Below are positions 62,961 to 64,000 of a DNA stretch of 64,000 bases, piece after piece. The notes below the pieces were generated by a model, which saw nothing but the letters and a program-made list of their open reading frames with translations, was not told the origin of the DNA and did no database searches. The first letter of the stretch is position 1. Each line of letters opens with the position of its first letter. The DNA comes from Octopus vulgaris. Taxonomy: Eukaryota. A program made the position numbers and the translations under genes. The stretch is taken from the NCBI GenBank assembly GCA_951406725.2, contig OX597824.1:37076001-37140000 (forward strand), given 5' to 3'.

Positions 62961-63574
62961 AACAAGAGCACTCAGAGAGCACAAACTTCTGCCAAGGCAA
63001 CACCAACGTCCTCTCAGCATTTAGCCAAAAATGATTTTTAAAATGAGAATATCTGAAATAAACTCAACTGCTCTCACAAATGAGAAAACGGTTAATGTTG
63101 ACATTATTACCTGGAAATGAAATCGAAAAATAAAATAGTGTAACGGATGTAAAACAAAGGTGTAGGAAACGAATATGAAAACAAAAATGCCAGGAAAGCA
63201 ATGGGGGGTGGGGAGAGGCCTTTGGAAAATTCACAAGATCCAATATTTTTCCCTCATAACTTTTAGAAAAATGGGTTTTTTTTAATGAAATTTTATATAA
63301 ATACCTTTCAAATGGTATAGATTATGATTATAAATAAATTTGTGAGGAAAATTTTTCCCAAGGGGTGGGAAGAGGACTATGGAAAATTCACAAGATCCAA
63401 TGTTTTTCCCTCATAACTTTGAGGAAAATGGATATCTTTCTATTTCACACCCAAATATCCTTGAAAGTTTAATCCGAATCCATCCAGCTGTTCTTGAGAT
63501 ATCTTGTCCACAGACAAATGAACAAACAAACATGATTGAAAACAATACCTCCACCTTCGTTAAGGTGGAGATAA
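62961..63574 (+). mobile_element. Helentron-associated non-autonomous element (HINE-like)
   Basis: Starts AACAAGAGCACTCAGAGAGCACAAACTTCTGCC and ends with the hairpin ACCTCCACCTT-cgtt-AAGGTGGAGAT after (ACAA)n. An internal segment is duplicated (about 63205-63270 and 63362-63432). Confidence 0.65.
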
Positions 63575-63576
63575 TG

Positions 63577-63632
<56 letters not shown>

Positions 63633-63636
<4 letters not shown>

Positions 63637-64000
63637 GCCCTGATGTAGTACCAAGCAGTGGCTCTCATCGCTTCTGATCTTAACTGATTGGAAGTGTCAT
63701 CATGTACATTGTTTTGTCTTGGTATAAAAGATGGGCTACAGCAAATATTCTGCTCAATACCACAGATTTGCTTGTCAGTTGTTTGACCTTAACCAGTTGA
63801 GCATGTCCATTTGTGGATGACGATATGTGCATCTCTGATCACGAGCAGAAGTAGTGGGGGAGCATCATAGCCATGTGTTGAGAGGGATACTTTGGGGTTT
63901 GAATAATTCACCCTTGGAAACATGAGTGTTTCGTTCAACATCCTTAAATAACCCTTATTCAGGGACCTGAAGAAAATTCTAACTGGGCCCCACTTGCAAG
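63633..64000. mobile_element. Second copy of the (AAT)n-associated repeat seen at 6913 (runs off the window)
   Basis: AATGCCCTGATG.AGTACCA.GCAGTGGCTCTCAT... is colinear with 6913-7305. Confidence 0.85.

Overview
This is AT-rich eukaryotic intergenic or intronic DNA, not prokaryotic. The repeat families look like those of Octopus (inferred from recognising the repeats, not from a search). I found no intact host gene, rRNA, tRNA gene or CRISPR array; most of the ORF track is microsatellite or SINE read-through. The window is a nested mosaic of: (i) at least five tRNA-headed SINE families, labelled A-E here; (ii) decayed LINEs (RTE, R4/Dong-like, CR1) and Penelope remnants; (iii) a Gypsy integrase with PPT and LTR; (iv) DNA transposon fossils (Tc1, mariner, maT/rosa-like, pogo/Tigger with a Brinker-type DNA-binding domain, hAT-Buster, Helentron-type non-autonomous elements, foldback and MITE-like elements); (v) many microsatellites and a 178-bp tandem array. 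The most notable observations are: a set of unrelated minimal hammerhead-ribozyme-like motifs whose core 3:8 pair covaries (C:G, U:A, G:C); a 304-bp hammerhead-bearing insert between 56-bp direct repeats; a TSD-flanked ORF1-only (HAL1-like) retroelement inside a SINE tRNA head; a 3.2-kb foldback with independent SINE insertions in each arm; two locally templated insertions; and arrays of a candidate pseudoknot in RTE 3' UTRs. Boundaries were read by eye and may be off by tens of bases unless a TSD or TIR is quoted.
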